Source: an uncultured Pseudomonadota bacterium (lineage in GTDB: Bacteria; Pseudomonadota; Alphaproteobacteria; JACZXZ01). From it: a stretch of DNA of 64,000 nt. Below, in pieces: positions 19,409 to 28,821 of this stretch (position 1 is the stretch's first letter; every line of letters starts with the position of its first letter). The stretch is from positions 640,001 to 704,000 of the forward strand of contig CAVVLJ010000017.1 of the NCBI GenBank assembly GCA_963749075.1. Direction: 5' to 3'. The position numbers and the translations under genes are program-made. Under the pieces are notes generated by a model. It saw only the letters and a list, made by a program, of their open reading frames with translations, was not told the DNA's origin and did no database searches.

Positions 19409-20934
19409 TTATGCCGGCCGATGCAAGCGTTTGGCAGCTTTGCCGACGTCACCTTGGCAAGCGCGGAGATGTTGGAGGAGCTGTGCCCGCAGCTCCTTGT
19501 AACCGCTGCTTCCTCTGAATACGAGCTTCTGTCGGCGCAGGTCTTCAGAAATGTTCGGGGCGGAGCTCGTGCGCCAGTCGAAAGTGGCAAGCCCGATCGC
19601 AATACTCTCCAGGAATGCTGCCACAGGCTCATAGCAATGGATTTCAGCGCCACAGTAACCGCACCCGCGTCGCTTGCTGAAGCCTTTTTGTCGAGTTGCC
19701 ATGTATCAAGCCGGAGATGGGGCGCCATAACAAAGCACAAATCATTGACTACGTGCAGGAAACCGCGCACACCCTGGTCGGTGACGATGAGCGAGCAGTT
19801 ACCGTAGAATGCTGGATCTTCTGATTTCGTGATCGAGACGCGTTGCCGCTCTGCATCCGCCCGCAATTCGACGGCCCAGGGCTCTTCGACGGCATGAACA
19901 GCTTTGGAGAGTTTCTGCCAAGCGAAAATTAGAAAAGCCGCCTGCTGCGCACGGCTCCAACCGAGAACTTCTCCACCTTCTCGAAGTCGGGAACCGAACA
20001 ACCCCCCGATTTTTGTGCCACGACCATCCCAGGATCGTACAAGCGTGGCCATTAGCGCCTTTATCCACGCCGATTGCGTCACCCAGCTGATGTGACGCTC
20101 GCCTAGCATGTTTATTCGATCGTACCAGGGGCTGTCGGAGTGCGACCAAAGAGCCTCCGTCAGCTCCTGCGACCGCGTCTCCCGATAGATCGGATGCCCT
20201 TCCGCCTTGTCCAGCCAATCCTCGGCCCTGAGCAAAGGGTACAAGTCGAACGCGAGGCTCGGGTTTATTCGCTTCGGCTTGATATTGATGGTCCAAAAAA
20301 GATACGCCTGCCAGCTCACGTCTAGTCCGCTGAACGCCACGACTGGCACCTCGAATCCGGCGGCGGTGGAGTCCTCTTCGAATGCCCAAAGCCGATGTTG
20401 GCCGTCAATTACTTCCAAAGGCGGCACCGCGGATGGCCGCCAAGTTTTTGTCCAATTCGAATATGGCAGTGCAATGGTACAAGAGCCCTCGTCGTCATGC
20501 ACTGTGAGGAGGTCATGCTCCGCCACTTTGCCACCTGGGCGTACGTCCGATTTGTGAAGAATGTTGATCACAATAGCAGTTGGCAACCAACCCGGCTTTC
20601 GCAGATCGTAGAACTCAGTCGTCTTGCGCTTTGCCGTACTCAGTGTGGACCAAGGATACCCGAATTCAACGAAGCGCGAGATTTCCTCAGATCGTTCTGG
20701 ATCATGTTGTCGCTGGATGCCGAGGTCGGCAGCGCGTGGCGTGACACCAGATGTCTGACGGCGCACGATTCCACACAGACTGCGAAGCTCCTGTGCAGAA
20801 AGCGAGAACAGATAGAAATGCGGCGATGGCTTGGCTCGATGGTGGGCGGAATCATACTGCACGCGATTCCAGGCCTTGAGCCATTGATGAACCTTAATGA
20901 CGGGGATACGCCGACGTTCTTCAGGCTTAGCCAT
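19409..20934 (-). CDS. DGQHR domain protein (DndB/ParB-Srx fold), one frameshift near 19633
   Basis: LGIQRQHD.ERSEEI, WLPTAIVIN, EVIDGQHRLWAF, YLFWTINIKPKRINPSLAFDL; C-terminal part continues in frame 19409-19702. Confidence 0.85.
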
Positions 20935-21057
20935 CCCCCTCCCCCGTTTTCATACACGGCATTTTGCCCGGCGATACGAGAAAGGACAACCCCGATTGTA
21001 TAGGCGGTCCACTTTTCTACCGGCACCGCAACATCCAGGCGCGAACTTCCGCCCCCC

Positions 21058-21080
21058 ATACTGCGCCTTTAATGACCGCC
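21058..21080 (+). repeat. 23-bp direct repeat copy 1 (ATACTGCGCCTTTAATGACCGCC)
   Basis: 22/23 identical to 21833-21855, which is the pyrB -10 and start codon region. Confidence 0.85.
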
Positions 21081-21128
21081 GTAAGAGCCAATCGCAAAGG
21101 GCGCCGCGCTCTTCTGTCCGCTCGCGCC

Positions 21129-21482
21129 TCATGCCTCCCGCTTTGCTCTCGGCGACACCGCGAGCCCGAGAAATACGAGCACGGCCCGGTTGAGCCGCAG
21201 GATATCCTCGTCGTCCAGGCGTCCGAGACGCGCGCCGAGCTTCGATTTTGGCACGGTGGTGATCTTGTCCACCATTAGGCGGCAGCTCTCGCGCAGTCCG
21301 TTTCGCTCGTTCGGCGCAACGCGCAGGCGGAACAAGGGCGCTTCTGTCTCGTCGCTGGTGAAGGCGCAGATGGTGATGGAGTCCGTTCCGTCGAAGCTGT
21401 CGTCCTGCAGGATGACGACCGGACGCGGTTTGCCCGCATAGCCCTTGCCGCCCGAGACGGTCCAGACGTCTCCCCGCCTCAT
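21129..21482 (-). CDS. PemK/MazF family toxin
   Basis: MRRGDVWTV..GKPRPVVILQDD...SITICAFTS...NGLRESCRLMVDKITTV. Confidence 0.9.
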   Translation of the reverse strand: MRRGDVWTVSGGKGYAGKPRPVVILQDDSFDGTDSITICAFTSDETEAPLFRLRVAPNERNGLRESCRLMVDKITTVPKSKLGARLGRLDDEDILRLNRAVLVFLGLAVSPRAKREA

Positions 21483-21704
21483 TCATCGCCCCGATCCGAC
21501 ACCGCGTCGATGAAGGCCTGATCCTCGCGCGCGCGTGCGCTGGCAGCCACGGCGCGCGACTGGCGATGGGCCTGTCGCGCGGAAGGCGGGCGAGCGCACG
21601 TCGGGCACCCAGATCTGGATGGGGCGCAGACCCTGCCCGCGCAGCCGCTCGCGATGTTCTCGCACCTTCACGCGGGAGGGCTTCGGCTGAGATGTCGAGG
21701 TCAT
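21479..21704 (-). pseudogene. MazE-like antitoxin (DUF3018), apparent +1 frameshift near 21575
   Basis: [31 protein letters not shown], continuing in another frame as [12 protein letters not shown]...[14 protein letters not shown]; ATGA overlap with the toxin. Confidence 0.8.
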
Positions 21705-21722
21705 GGCATTCCTCCGCCAGCA

Positions 21723-21734
21723 GTTACATGTAAC
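21723..21734. promoter_or_regulatory. palindromic TA operator GTTACATGTAAC
   Basis: Perfect 12-bp palindrome about 20 nt upstream of the antitoxin start. Confidence 0.65.
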
Positions 21735-21807
21735 CTAGCACGGGCAAGGAGGTTGTGCCAGACCTGTCCGCCGGCCCCGCGCCACTGACATCCGACCTTC
21801 CGCGTCC

Positions 21808-21855
21808 TTGCCCCACCCCGCCCCCACCCGCTATACTGCTCCTTTAATGACCGCC
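21808..21855 (+). promoter_or_regulatory. pyrB promoter (TTGCCC-N18-TATACT), near-leaderless; contains direct repeat copy 2 (21833-21855)
   Basis: -10 TATACT ends 9 nt before ATG 21847; no SD sequence. Confidence 0.55.
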
Positions 21856-22830
21856 TTAGCCCCTCTCCCCGTGTTGCGCTTCCCGCACCGGCATCTCCTC
21901 GGCATCGAGGGGTTGACTGCCGAGGAGATCACCTTCCTCCTCGACCTCGCCGAGTCCTACGTCGAGCAGAACCGCCAGGCCGACAAGAAGAGCGCCATCC
22001 TGCGCGGCCGTACGGTCATCAACCTCTTCTTCGAGAACTCGACGCGCACGCGCACCTCCTTCGAGCTGGCGGGGAAGCGCCTGGGCGGCGACGTGATCAA
22101 CATGCAGGTCGCGGCCAGCAGCATCAAGAAGGGCGAGACGCTCATCGACACGGCGATGACGCTCAACGCCATGCACCCGGACGTGCTGGTGGTGCGCCAC
22201 TTCGACTCGGGCGCCGTCAAGCTCCTCTCCGAGAAGGTCAACTGCTCGGTCATCAACGGCGGCGACGGCAGCCACGAGCACCCGACGCAAGCGCTCCTCG
22301 ACGCCCTCACCATCCGCCGCCGCAAGGGCCGCATCCGCGGCCTCGCCGTCGCCATCTGCGGCGACATCCTCCATAGCCGGGTCGCGCGCTCCAACATCTC
22401 GCTCCTCAACATCATGGGAGCCAAGGTGCGGGTGGTGGCACCCCCCACCCTCCTTCCCGCCGCCGTCGAGCGGCTCGGCGTCGAGGTCTTCTACGACATG
22501 CGGAACGGCCTCAAGGACGTCGACGTGGTGATGATGCTGCGCCTCCAGACCGAGCGCATGCACGGCTCCTTCGTGCCCTCGATCCGCGAGTACTTCCACT
22601 TCTTCGGCCTCGATTACGCCAAGCTCGAGGTGGCCAAGAAGGACGCCATGATCATGCACCCGGGTCCCATGAACCGCGGCGTCGAGATCGACAGCGAGGT
22701 GGCCGACGACATCGGCCGCAGCGCCATCCACGAGCAGGTCGAGATGGGGGTCGCCGTGCGCATGGCCTGCCTCGATTCCCTGACGCGCCGCGGCCAGCGC
22801 GGGAACGAGGGCGACGGAGCCGAGGCATGA
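21847..22830 (+). CDS. pyrB: aspartate carbamoyltransferase catalytic subunit
   Basis: [31 protein letters not shown]. Confidence 0.98.
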   Translation: MTALAPLPVLRFPHRHLLGIEGLTAEEITFLLDLAESYVEQNRQADKKSAILRGRTVINLFFENSTRTRTSFELAGKRLGGDVINMQVAASSIKKGETLIDTAMTLNAMHPDVLVVRHFDSGAVKLLSEKVNCSVINGGDGSHEHPTQALLDALTIRRRKGRIRGLAVAICGDILHSRVARSNISLLNIMGAKVRVVAPPTLLPAAVERLGVEVFYDMRNGLKDVDVVMMLRLQTERMHGSFVPSIREYFHFFGLDYAKLEVAKKDAMIMHPGPMNRGVEIDSEVADDIGRSAIHEQVEMGVAVRMACLDSLTRRGQRGNEGDGAEA

Positions 22831-24158
22831 GCATCCCCCAGGGGATGCGCCCCGGCCGCACGGCCTATCTCGACGTGCGCCTCCTCGACCCGGCAAGCGG
22901 GCTCGACGCGCGCGGGGCGCTCTTGACCGAGGGCGAGACGATCGCCGACTTCGGGCCCCGCCTCTTCAACGACGGCGTGCCCGAGGGCATCGACGCCGTC
23001 CACGGCCGCGGCGCCTGCTTGGCCGCCGGCCTCGTCGACATGCGCGTGCAGCTCTGCGAGCCCGGCGAGGAGCACAAGGAGACCATCCAGACCGGAAGTG
23101 CCGCCGCCGCCGCGGGCGGCGTCGCCGCCATGGTGACGCTGCCCAACACCGAGCCGGTGATCGACGACGTGGCCGGCGTCGAGTTCATAGCGCGGCGCGC
23201 GCGCGAGGTGAAGCGCGTCAAGATCTACTGCCACGCCGCGGTGACCAAGGGCCTCGCCGGCAGGGAGCTCGCCGAGATCGGCCTCTTGCAGGAGGCGGGT
23301 GCGCTCGCCTTCACCGACGGGCTCAAGGCGGTCGCACACCCGCTCGTCATGCGCCGCGCCCTCTCCTACGCGCGCACCTTCTCGGCACTCGTCATCCAGC
23401 GCCCCGAGGAGCCGGAGCTCGCCGAGGGCGGTGCGATGAACGAGGGCGAGGTGGCGACGCGCCTCGGCCTCCCCGGCATCCCGCGCCTCGCCGAGGTCAT
23501 GCTGCTCGAGCGCGACTTGCGCCTCGTCGAGCTCACGGGCGGGCGCTATCACGCAGGTCCCCTCTCGACGGCGGAGGCGGTCGAGGCGATGCGGCGCGCC
23601 AAGGCGCGCGGCCTCGCCGTCACCTGCGACACGGCCCCCCACTACTTCACGCTCGACGAGAGTGCCGTCGGCGACTACCGCACCTTTGCCAAGGTCTCGC
23701 CGCCCTTGCGCCGGCCCGAGGACCGCGAGGCGCTCATCGAGGGCATCGCCGACGGCACCATCGACGTGATCGCGAGCGACCACGCGCCCCAGGACCAGGA
23801 CAGCAAGCGCCAGCCCTTCGCCCAGGCGGCGGCCGGCATCATCGGGCTCGAGACGCTGCTGCCGCTCTCGCTCGCCCTCGTTCACGACGGCCGGCTCGGG
23901 ATTCTCCAGGCGCTCGCACCGCTCACCTCTCGGCCCGCGCAGCTCCTCGGCCTCGCCGCCGGCCGCCTGGCCAAGGGGGCGCCAGCCGATCTCGTGCTCT
24001 TCGATCCCGATGTGCCGTGGACCGTCGAGGAGAGCCGCTTCCGCAGCAAGTCGAAGAACTCGCCCTTCGCCGGGCGCGAGGTCAAAGGCAGAGCGCTCCG
24101 CACCATCGTCGACGGCCGCCCGGTCTTCGTCGACGGGGAGGCCGGGAAACGGCTATAA
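22827..24158 (+). CDS. pyrC: dihydroorotase (PyrC'-like)
   Basis: [13 protein letters not shown] (HxH replaced), [22 protein letters not shown]; follows pyrB. Confidence 0.93.
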   Translation: MSIPQGMRPGRTAYLDVRLLDPASGLDARGALLTEGETIADFGPRLFNDGVPEGIDAVHGRGACLAAGLVDMRVQLCEPGEEHKETIQTGSAAAAAGGVAAMVTLPNTEPVIDDVAGVEFIARRAREVKRVKIYCHAAVTKGLAGRELAEIGLLQEAGALAFTDGLKAVAHPLVMRRALSYARTFSALVIQRPEEPELAEGGAMNEGEVATRLGLPGIPRLAEVMLLERDLRLVELTGGRYHAGPLSTAEAVEAMRRAKARGLAVTCDTAPHYFTLDESAVGDYRTFAKVSPPLRRPEDREALIEGIADGTIDVIASDHAPQDQDSKRQPFAQAAAGIIGLETLLPLSLALVHDGRLGILQALAPLTSRPAQLLGLAAGRLAKGAPADLVLFDPDVPWTVEESRFRSKSKNSPFAGREVKGRALRTIVDGRPVFVDGEAGKRL

Positions 24159-24194
24159 GTCGCGGCTCGCTCCTCGGCGACCACGACGGCCAAT

Positions 24195-24296
24195 ACCCCC
24201 CTCCCTACCCTCCCCCTCAAGGGGGGAGGGGAAATGCGGATGCCACGCCGAAACTGACCCCCTCCCCCCTTGAGGGGGAGGATTGGGGTGGGGGGT
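24195..24296. repeat. palindromic MITE/REP-like element, family A copy 2
   Basis: CCCTCCCCCTCAAGGGGGGAGGGG ... CCCCTCCCCCCTTGAGGGGGAGG inverted arms, as at 6547-6653. Confidence 0.85.
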
Positions 24297-24335
24297 GAGC
24301 CGGCCGCGATTGCCGAGCTATGGAGACGCCACTTC

Positions 24336-24941
24336 ATGCCCTCGCCCCTCGGCAGTCTCTTGCCGCTCCTCGCCGCAGCGCTCGCCGGCTATCTCCTCGG
24401 CTCGATCCCCTTCGGACTGCTGCTCACGCGCCTGGCGGGGCTCGGCGACATCCGCAAGGTGGGCTCCGGCAATATCGGCGCCACCAACGTGCTGCGCACC
24501 GGCAACAAGGCGCTCGCCGCGCTCACGCTCCTCCTCGACATCGGCAAGGGAGCGGCGGCGGTGCTGCTCGCCGGCCGATTCGGGGCGGACCTGGCGCTCG
24601 TGGCGGGCGGAGGTGCCGTGGTCGGCCACCTTTTCCCCATCTGGCTCGGCTTCAAGGGCGGCAAGGGGGTGGCGACCGGGCTCGGCGTACTGCTCGCCGC
24701 CGCCTTCCCGGTCGGCCTCGCGGCTATCGCCACCTGGCTCGCCGCCGCCGCCGTCTTCCGCTACTCCTCGCTCGCCGCCCTCGCGAGCTTCGCTCTCTCG
24801 CCGCTCTACGGCTGGCTCCTCGCCGGTCCCCGCGTCGCGGTCCTCGCCGCCTTCATCGCCGTGCTCGTGTTCCTGCGCCACCGCGACAACATCCGCCGCC
24901 TCTTCAAGGGCGAGGAGACGCGGATCGGCGCCAAACGCTAG
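24336..24941 (+). CDS. plsY: glycerol-3-phosphate acyltransferase
   Basis: YLLGSIPFG, GSGNIGATNVLRTG, GHLFPIWLGFKGGKGVAT, RHRDNIRRL. Confidence 0.96.
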   Translation: MPSPLGSLLPLLAAALAGYLLGSIPFGLLLTRLAGLGDIRKVGSGNIGATNVLRTGNKALAALTLLLDIGKGAAAVLLAGRFGADLALVAGGGAVVGHLFPIWLGFKGGKGVATGLGVLLAAAFPVGLAAIATWLAAAAVFRYSSLAALASFALSPLYGWLLAGPRVAVLAAFIAVLVFLRHRDNIRRLFKGEETRIGAKR

Positions 24942-24992
24942 CTCGCTCATCCTACAGTTGACGAAGTCTCACCCCTTCTCCATCTTGGCGCG

Positions 24993-26111
24993 ATGGCGCG
25001 CGACCGGGCCTTCAGCCATGCCGAGCGGCTCGACTGGCTTCGCCTGATCCGGAGCGAGAACGTCGGGCCGATCACCTTCTACCAGCTCCTCGCCCGCTTC
25101 GGCTCGGCCGACTCGGCGCTGGCAGCGCTGCCCGAGCTCGCGCGGCGCGGCGGGCGGCGGGCGCCGATTCGCATCCCCTCGCGGGCAGCCGCGGAGCGCG
25201 AGCTTGCCGCGACCGAGGCGTTCGGCGGCCGCCTCCTCTGCCGCGACGAGCCCGGCTACCCGGCGACGCTCGCTGCCATCGAGGATGCACCACCCGTCGT
25301 GGCACTCCTCGGCCACGGCCATCTCATGGAGCGCCGCATGATCGGCGTGGTCGGCGCGCGCAACGCCTCCGCGAGCGGCCGGCGCTTCGCCCGCCAGCTC
25401 GCGGTGGAGCTGGGCGAGGCCGGCCTCGTCGTGGTCTCGGGCCTGGCGCGCGGCATCGACGCCAGCGCGCACGAGGGAGCGCTCAAGAGCGGCACCATCG
25501 CGGTCATGGCCGGCGGCGTCGACGTGGTCTATCCCGAGGAGAACCGGGCACTCTACGGCCGCGTCAGAGAGGAGGGTCTGGCGCTCTCCGAGATGCCCCC
25601 CGGGACGGAGCCGCAAGGCCGCCATTTCCCGCGGAGAAACCGAATCATTTCAGGACTTTGCCTCGGCCTCGTGGTGGTCGAGGCGGCGCAGCGCTCAGGA
25701 TCCCTCATCACCGCCCGCTTCGCCGCCGAGCACGGCCGCGAGGTCTTCGCCGTGCCCGGCTCGCCGCTCGATCCGCGCTGCAAGGGGACGAACGGCCTCA
25801 TCCGCGACGGCGCCCACCTGACCGAGGGGGCGGCCGACGTGCTCGCCGTGCTCGCGGGCATGGGCCTGCCGCCCTTGCGCGAGGCGCCGGCCGAGGGCGA
25901 GGCGCCGCCGCCCGCCCAGCCGACGCCTACCGAGCTCGAAAAAGCGCGCCTGCTCGTCCTCGAGGCGCTCGGCCCGACGCCGGTCCCGGTTGACGAAATC
26001 CTGCGGCAAACCCATCTCTCCCCCGCAGTGGTGTCGTTGGCGCTCCTCGAGCTGGAGCTCGCCGGGCGGTTGGAGCGCCACCCCGGCAATCGGGCAAGCT
26101 TGCTCTCCTAG
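24993..26111 (+). CDS. dprA: DNA-processing protein DprA
   Basis: VVGARNAS, VVSGLARGID, HFPRRNRIISG, SGSLITA, VFAVPGSP. Confidence 0.96.
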   Translation: MARDRAFSHAERLDWLRLIRSENVGPITFYQLLARFGSADSALAALPELARRGGRRAPIRIPSRAAAERELAATEAFGGRLLCRDEPGYPATLAAIEDAPPVVALLGHGHLMERRMIGVVGARNASASGRRFARQLAVELGEAGLVVVSGLARGIDASAHEGALKSGTIAVMAGGVDVVYPEENRALYGRVREEGLALSEMPPGTEPQGRHFPRRNRIISGLCLGLVVVEAAQRSGSLITARFAAEHGREVFAVPGSPLDPRCKGTNGLIRDGAHLTEGAADVLAVLAGMGLPPLREAPAEGEAPPPAQPTPTELEKARLLVLEALGPTPVPVDEILRQTHLSPAVVSLALLELELAGRLERHPGNRASLLS

Positions 26112-26158
26112 GCGAAACCGACTAGCCTCCCGGCCCTTTGGCAACCAGGCCAGGCGCA

Positions 26159-28807
26159 ATGATCGTCGTCGTCGTCGAGTCACCGGCCAAGGCCAAGACC
26201 ATCAACAAGTACCTGGGCAAGGACTATGTGGTGGTGGCGAGCTACGGCCATGTGCGCGACCTCCCGGCCAAGGACGGCTCGGTGCGGCCCGAGGAGGACT
26301 TCGCCATGTCGTGGGAGGTCGACGGCGGCTCGGAGAAGCACATCCGCGCCATCGCGAGTGCCTTGAAGGGCGCCGACCGGCTCTGCCTGGCGACCGACCC
26401 GGACCGCGAGGGCGAGGCCATCTCCTGGCACGTGCTGCAGCTCTTGAAGGAGCGCCATGCCCTCGGCAAGGCCGAAGTGAAGCGCGTCGTCTTCAACGAG
26501 ATCACCAAGGACGCGGTGCTCGAGGCCATCGCCCATCCGCGCGAGGTCAACCGCGAGCTCGTCGAGGCCTATCTCGCGCGCCGCGCCCTCGACTACCTCG
26601 TGGGCTTCACGCTCTCGCCCGTGCTGTGGCGCAAGCTGCCGGGGAGCCGCTCGGCCGGCCGCGTGCAGTCGGTGGCACTCCGCCTCGTCTGCGAGCGCGA
26701 GTCCGAGATCGAGCGCTTCCGCCCGCGCGAATATTGGACCATCGACGTGGAATTCCGCACCGAGGGCGGCCAGACGCTCACGGCGCGGCTCAGCCACCTC
26801 AAGGGCAAGAAGCTCGAGAAGTTCGACCTCGGCGACAAGGCCTCAGCGGATGCCGCGGTGACGCTCCTCGAGGGCGGCGACTATGCCGTCCTCAAGGTCG
26901 AGCGCAAGCAGCAGCGCCGCCATCCCAACCCGCCCTTCACCACCTCGACCCTGCAGCAGGAGGCCTCGCGCAAGCTCGGCTTCAGCGCGAGCCGCACCAT
27001 GCGCGTGGCCCAGCGGCTCTACGAGGGCGTCGAGCTCGGCGGCGAGAGCGTCGGCCTCATCACCTACATGCGCACGGACAGCACCGTGCTCGCCAACGAG
27101 GCGCTCGCCGCCTCGCGCCGTCTCATCGAGCGGCAGTTCGGCAAGAACTACGTCCCGGCCGAGCCGCGGCGCTACAAGGCCACGGCCAAGAACGCCCAGG
27201 AGGCCCACGAGGCGATCCGCCCGACCGACCTCTTCCGCCGGCCCCAGGAGGTGGCGGGACACCTCGACGACGACCAGCGCCGGCTCTACGAGCTCATCTG
27301 GCTGCGCACGGTGGCGAGCCAGATGGAGAGCGCCGTGCTCGACCAGGTGGCGGTCGACATCGCCGACAAGGCGGGGGCCGCCATCCTCCGCGCTACCGGC
27401 TCGGTGCTGCTCTTCGACGGCTTCCTCCGCGTCTACCAGGAGGGCCGCGACGACCCGGGCGAGGAGGATCAGGACGAGCGCCGCCTGCCCCAGGTCAAGG
27501 AGGGCGAGGGTCTCGCGCGGCAGGCCATCAAGCCCGAGCAGCATTTCACCCAGCCGCCGCCGCGCTACACCGAGGCGAGCCTTGTCAAGCGCTTGGAAGA
27601 GCTCGGCATCGGGCGGCCCTCGACCTACGCCTCGATCATCCAGGTCCTGCAGGACCGCAAATACGTGCGCATCGACAAGGGCCGCTTCCTGCCCGAGGAC
27701 CGCGGCCGCGTCGTCACCGCCTTCCTGGTGAGCTTCTTCCAGCGCTACGTCGAGTACAACTTCACCGCTGAGCTCGAGAACAAGCTCGACGACGTGTCGG
27801 ACGGCCGCGTCGACTGGAAGCAGCTGCTGCGCGATTTCTGGGCCGATTTCTCGAAGGCGGTCGAGGGCACCAAGGACCTCTCGATCAAGCAGGTCATCGA
27901 GGCGCTCAACGAGGAGCTGGCGCCGCATTTCTTCCCCGACGCGGGCGACGGCAAGGACCCGCGCGCCTGCCCGGCCTGTGCCGCGGGCCGGCTCAGCCTC
28001 AAGCTCGGCAAGTTCGGCGCCTTCATCGGCTGCTCGAACTACCCGGAATGCCGCTACACCCGCCCGCTCGAGGTGCGCGTCAACGGCGAGGGCAACGGCG
28101 GCCAGGCAGCACTCGAGGGGCCGAAGCCGCTCGGCAGCGATCCCGCGAGCGGCCTGCCGGTGGGCTTACGCAAGGGGCCCTACGGCTATTACGTGCAGCT
28201 CGGCGACACGCCGGCCGCCAACGGCAACGGCGCCGAAAACGGCACGGCCAAGGCGAAGGGCCGCGGCAAGGCCAAGGCCGCCGCCGAGAAGCCGAAGCGC
28301 GTCTCGCTGCCGCGCGGGGTCAAGCCCGAGGAGGTCACCTTGGCACTCGCCCTGCAGCTCCTCTCGCTGCCGCGCGAGGTCGGCCTCCATCCCGAGACGG
28401 GGAAGCCGATCTCGGCCGGGCTCGGCCGCTTCGGCCCCTACGTCAGGCACGAGGGCACATATAAGAGTGTCGGCACCCTCGAGGAGGTGCTGACGATCGG
28501 GCTCAACCGCGCGGTCGATCTCCTGAGCCAGGCGCGCACGCACGGGCCGACCACGTTGCGCGAGCTCGGCGCCCATCCCGCGGACAGTGCCGTGGTGCGC
28601 ATCATGAAGGGCCGCTACGGCCCCTACATCAAGCACGGCTCGACCAACGCGCCGATCCCGAAGGGGAAGGCTCCCGAGGCGGTGACGCTCGAGGAGGCTG
28701 TGGCCCTCCTGGCCGCGCGCGCGGCCCGAGGCGGCGGCGGCGCCAAGACGCCGACGCGAAAGGCGCGGGCGAGCCGCAAGAGCAAGGCCGTGGCGGACGT
28801 GGACTGA
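26159..28807 (+). CDS. topA: DNA topoisomerase I
   Basis: VESPAKAKTI, ATDPDREGEAI, SAGRVQS, LITYMRTDS, AQEAHEAIRPT. Confidence 0.98.
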   Translation: MIVVVVESPAKAKTINKYLGKDYVVVASYGHVRDLPAKDGSVRPEEDFAMSWEVDGGSEKHIRAIASALKGADRLCLATDPDREGEAISWHVLQLLKERHALGKAEVKRVVFNEITKDAVLEAIAHPREVNRELVEAYLARRALDYLVGFTLSPVLWRKLPGSRSAGRVQSVALRLVCERESEIERFRPREYWTIDVEFRTEGGQTLTARLSHLKGKKLEKFDLGDKASADAAVTLLEGGDYAVLKVERKQQRRHPNPPFTTSTLQQEASRKLGFSASRTMRVAQRLYEGVELGGESVGLITYMRTDSTVLANEALAASRRLIERQFGKNYVPAEPRRYKATAKNAQEAHEAIRPTDLFRRPQEVAGHLDDDQRRLYELIWLRTVASQMESAVLDQVAVDIADKAGAAILRATGSVLLFDGFLRVYQEGRDDPGEEDQDERRLPQVKEGEGLARQAIKPEQHFTQPPPRYTEASLVKRLEELGIGRPSTYASIIQVLQDRKYVRIDKGRFLPEDRGRVVTAFLVSFFQRYVEYNFTAELENKLDDVSDGRVDWKQLLRDFWADFSKAVEGTKDLSIKQVIEALNEELAPHFFPDAGDGKDPRACPACAAGRLSLKLGKFGAFIGCSNYPECRYTRPLEVRVNGEGNGGQAALEGPKPLGSDPASGLPVGLRKGPYGYYVQLGDTPAANGNGAENGTAKAKGRGKAKAAAEKPKRVSLPRGVKPEEVTLALALQLLSLPREVGLHPETGKPISAGLGRFGPYVRHEGTYKSVGTLEEVLTIGLNRAVDLLSQARTHGPTTLRELGAHPADSAVVRIMKGRYGPYIKHGSTNAPIPKGKAPEAVTLEEAVALLAARAARGGGGAKTPTRKARASRKSKAVADVD

Positions 28808-28821
28808 AGCGAGAGCCGGAG

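Noticed and set aside
19409-20934. calling the DGQHR gene dndB/dpdB of a phosphorothioate or deazaguanine system
   Set aside because: No dndACDE, ssp or dpdA/C-type genes in the window; its partners are a HEPN-like gene and an MTase.
22827-24158. PyrC lacking the HxH metal motif as a novelty
   Set aside because: Inactive PyrC'-type subunits next to pyrB are well known in Proteobacteria.
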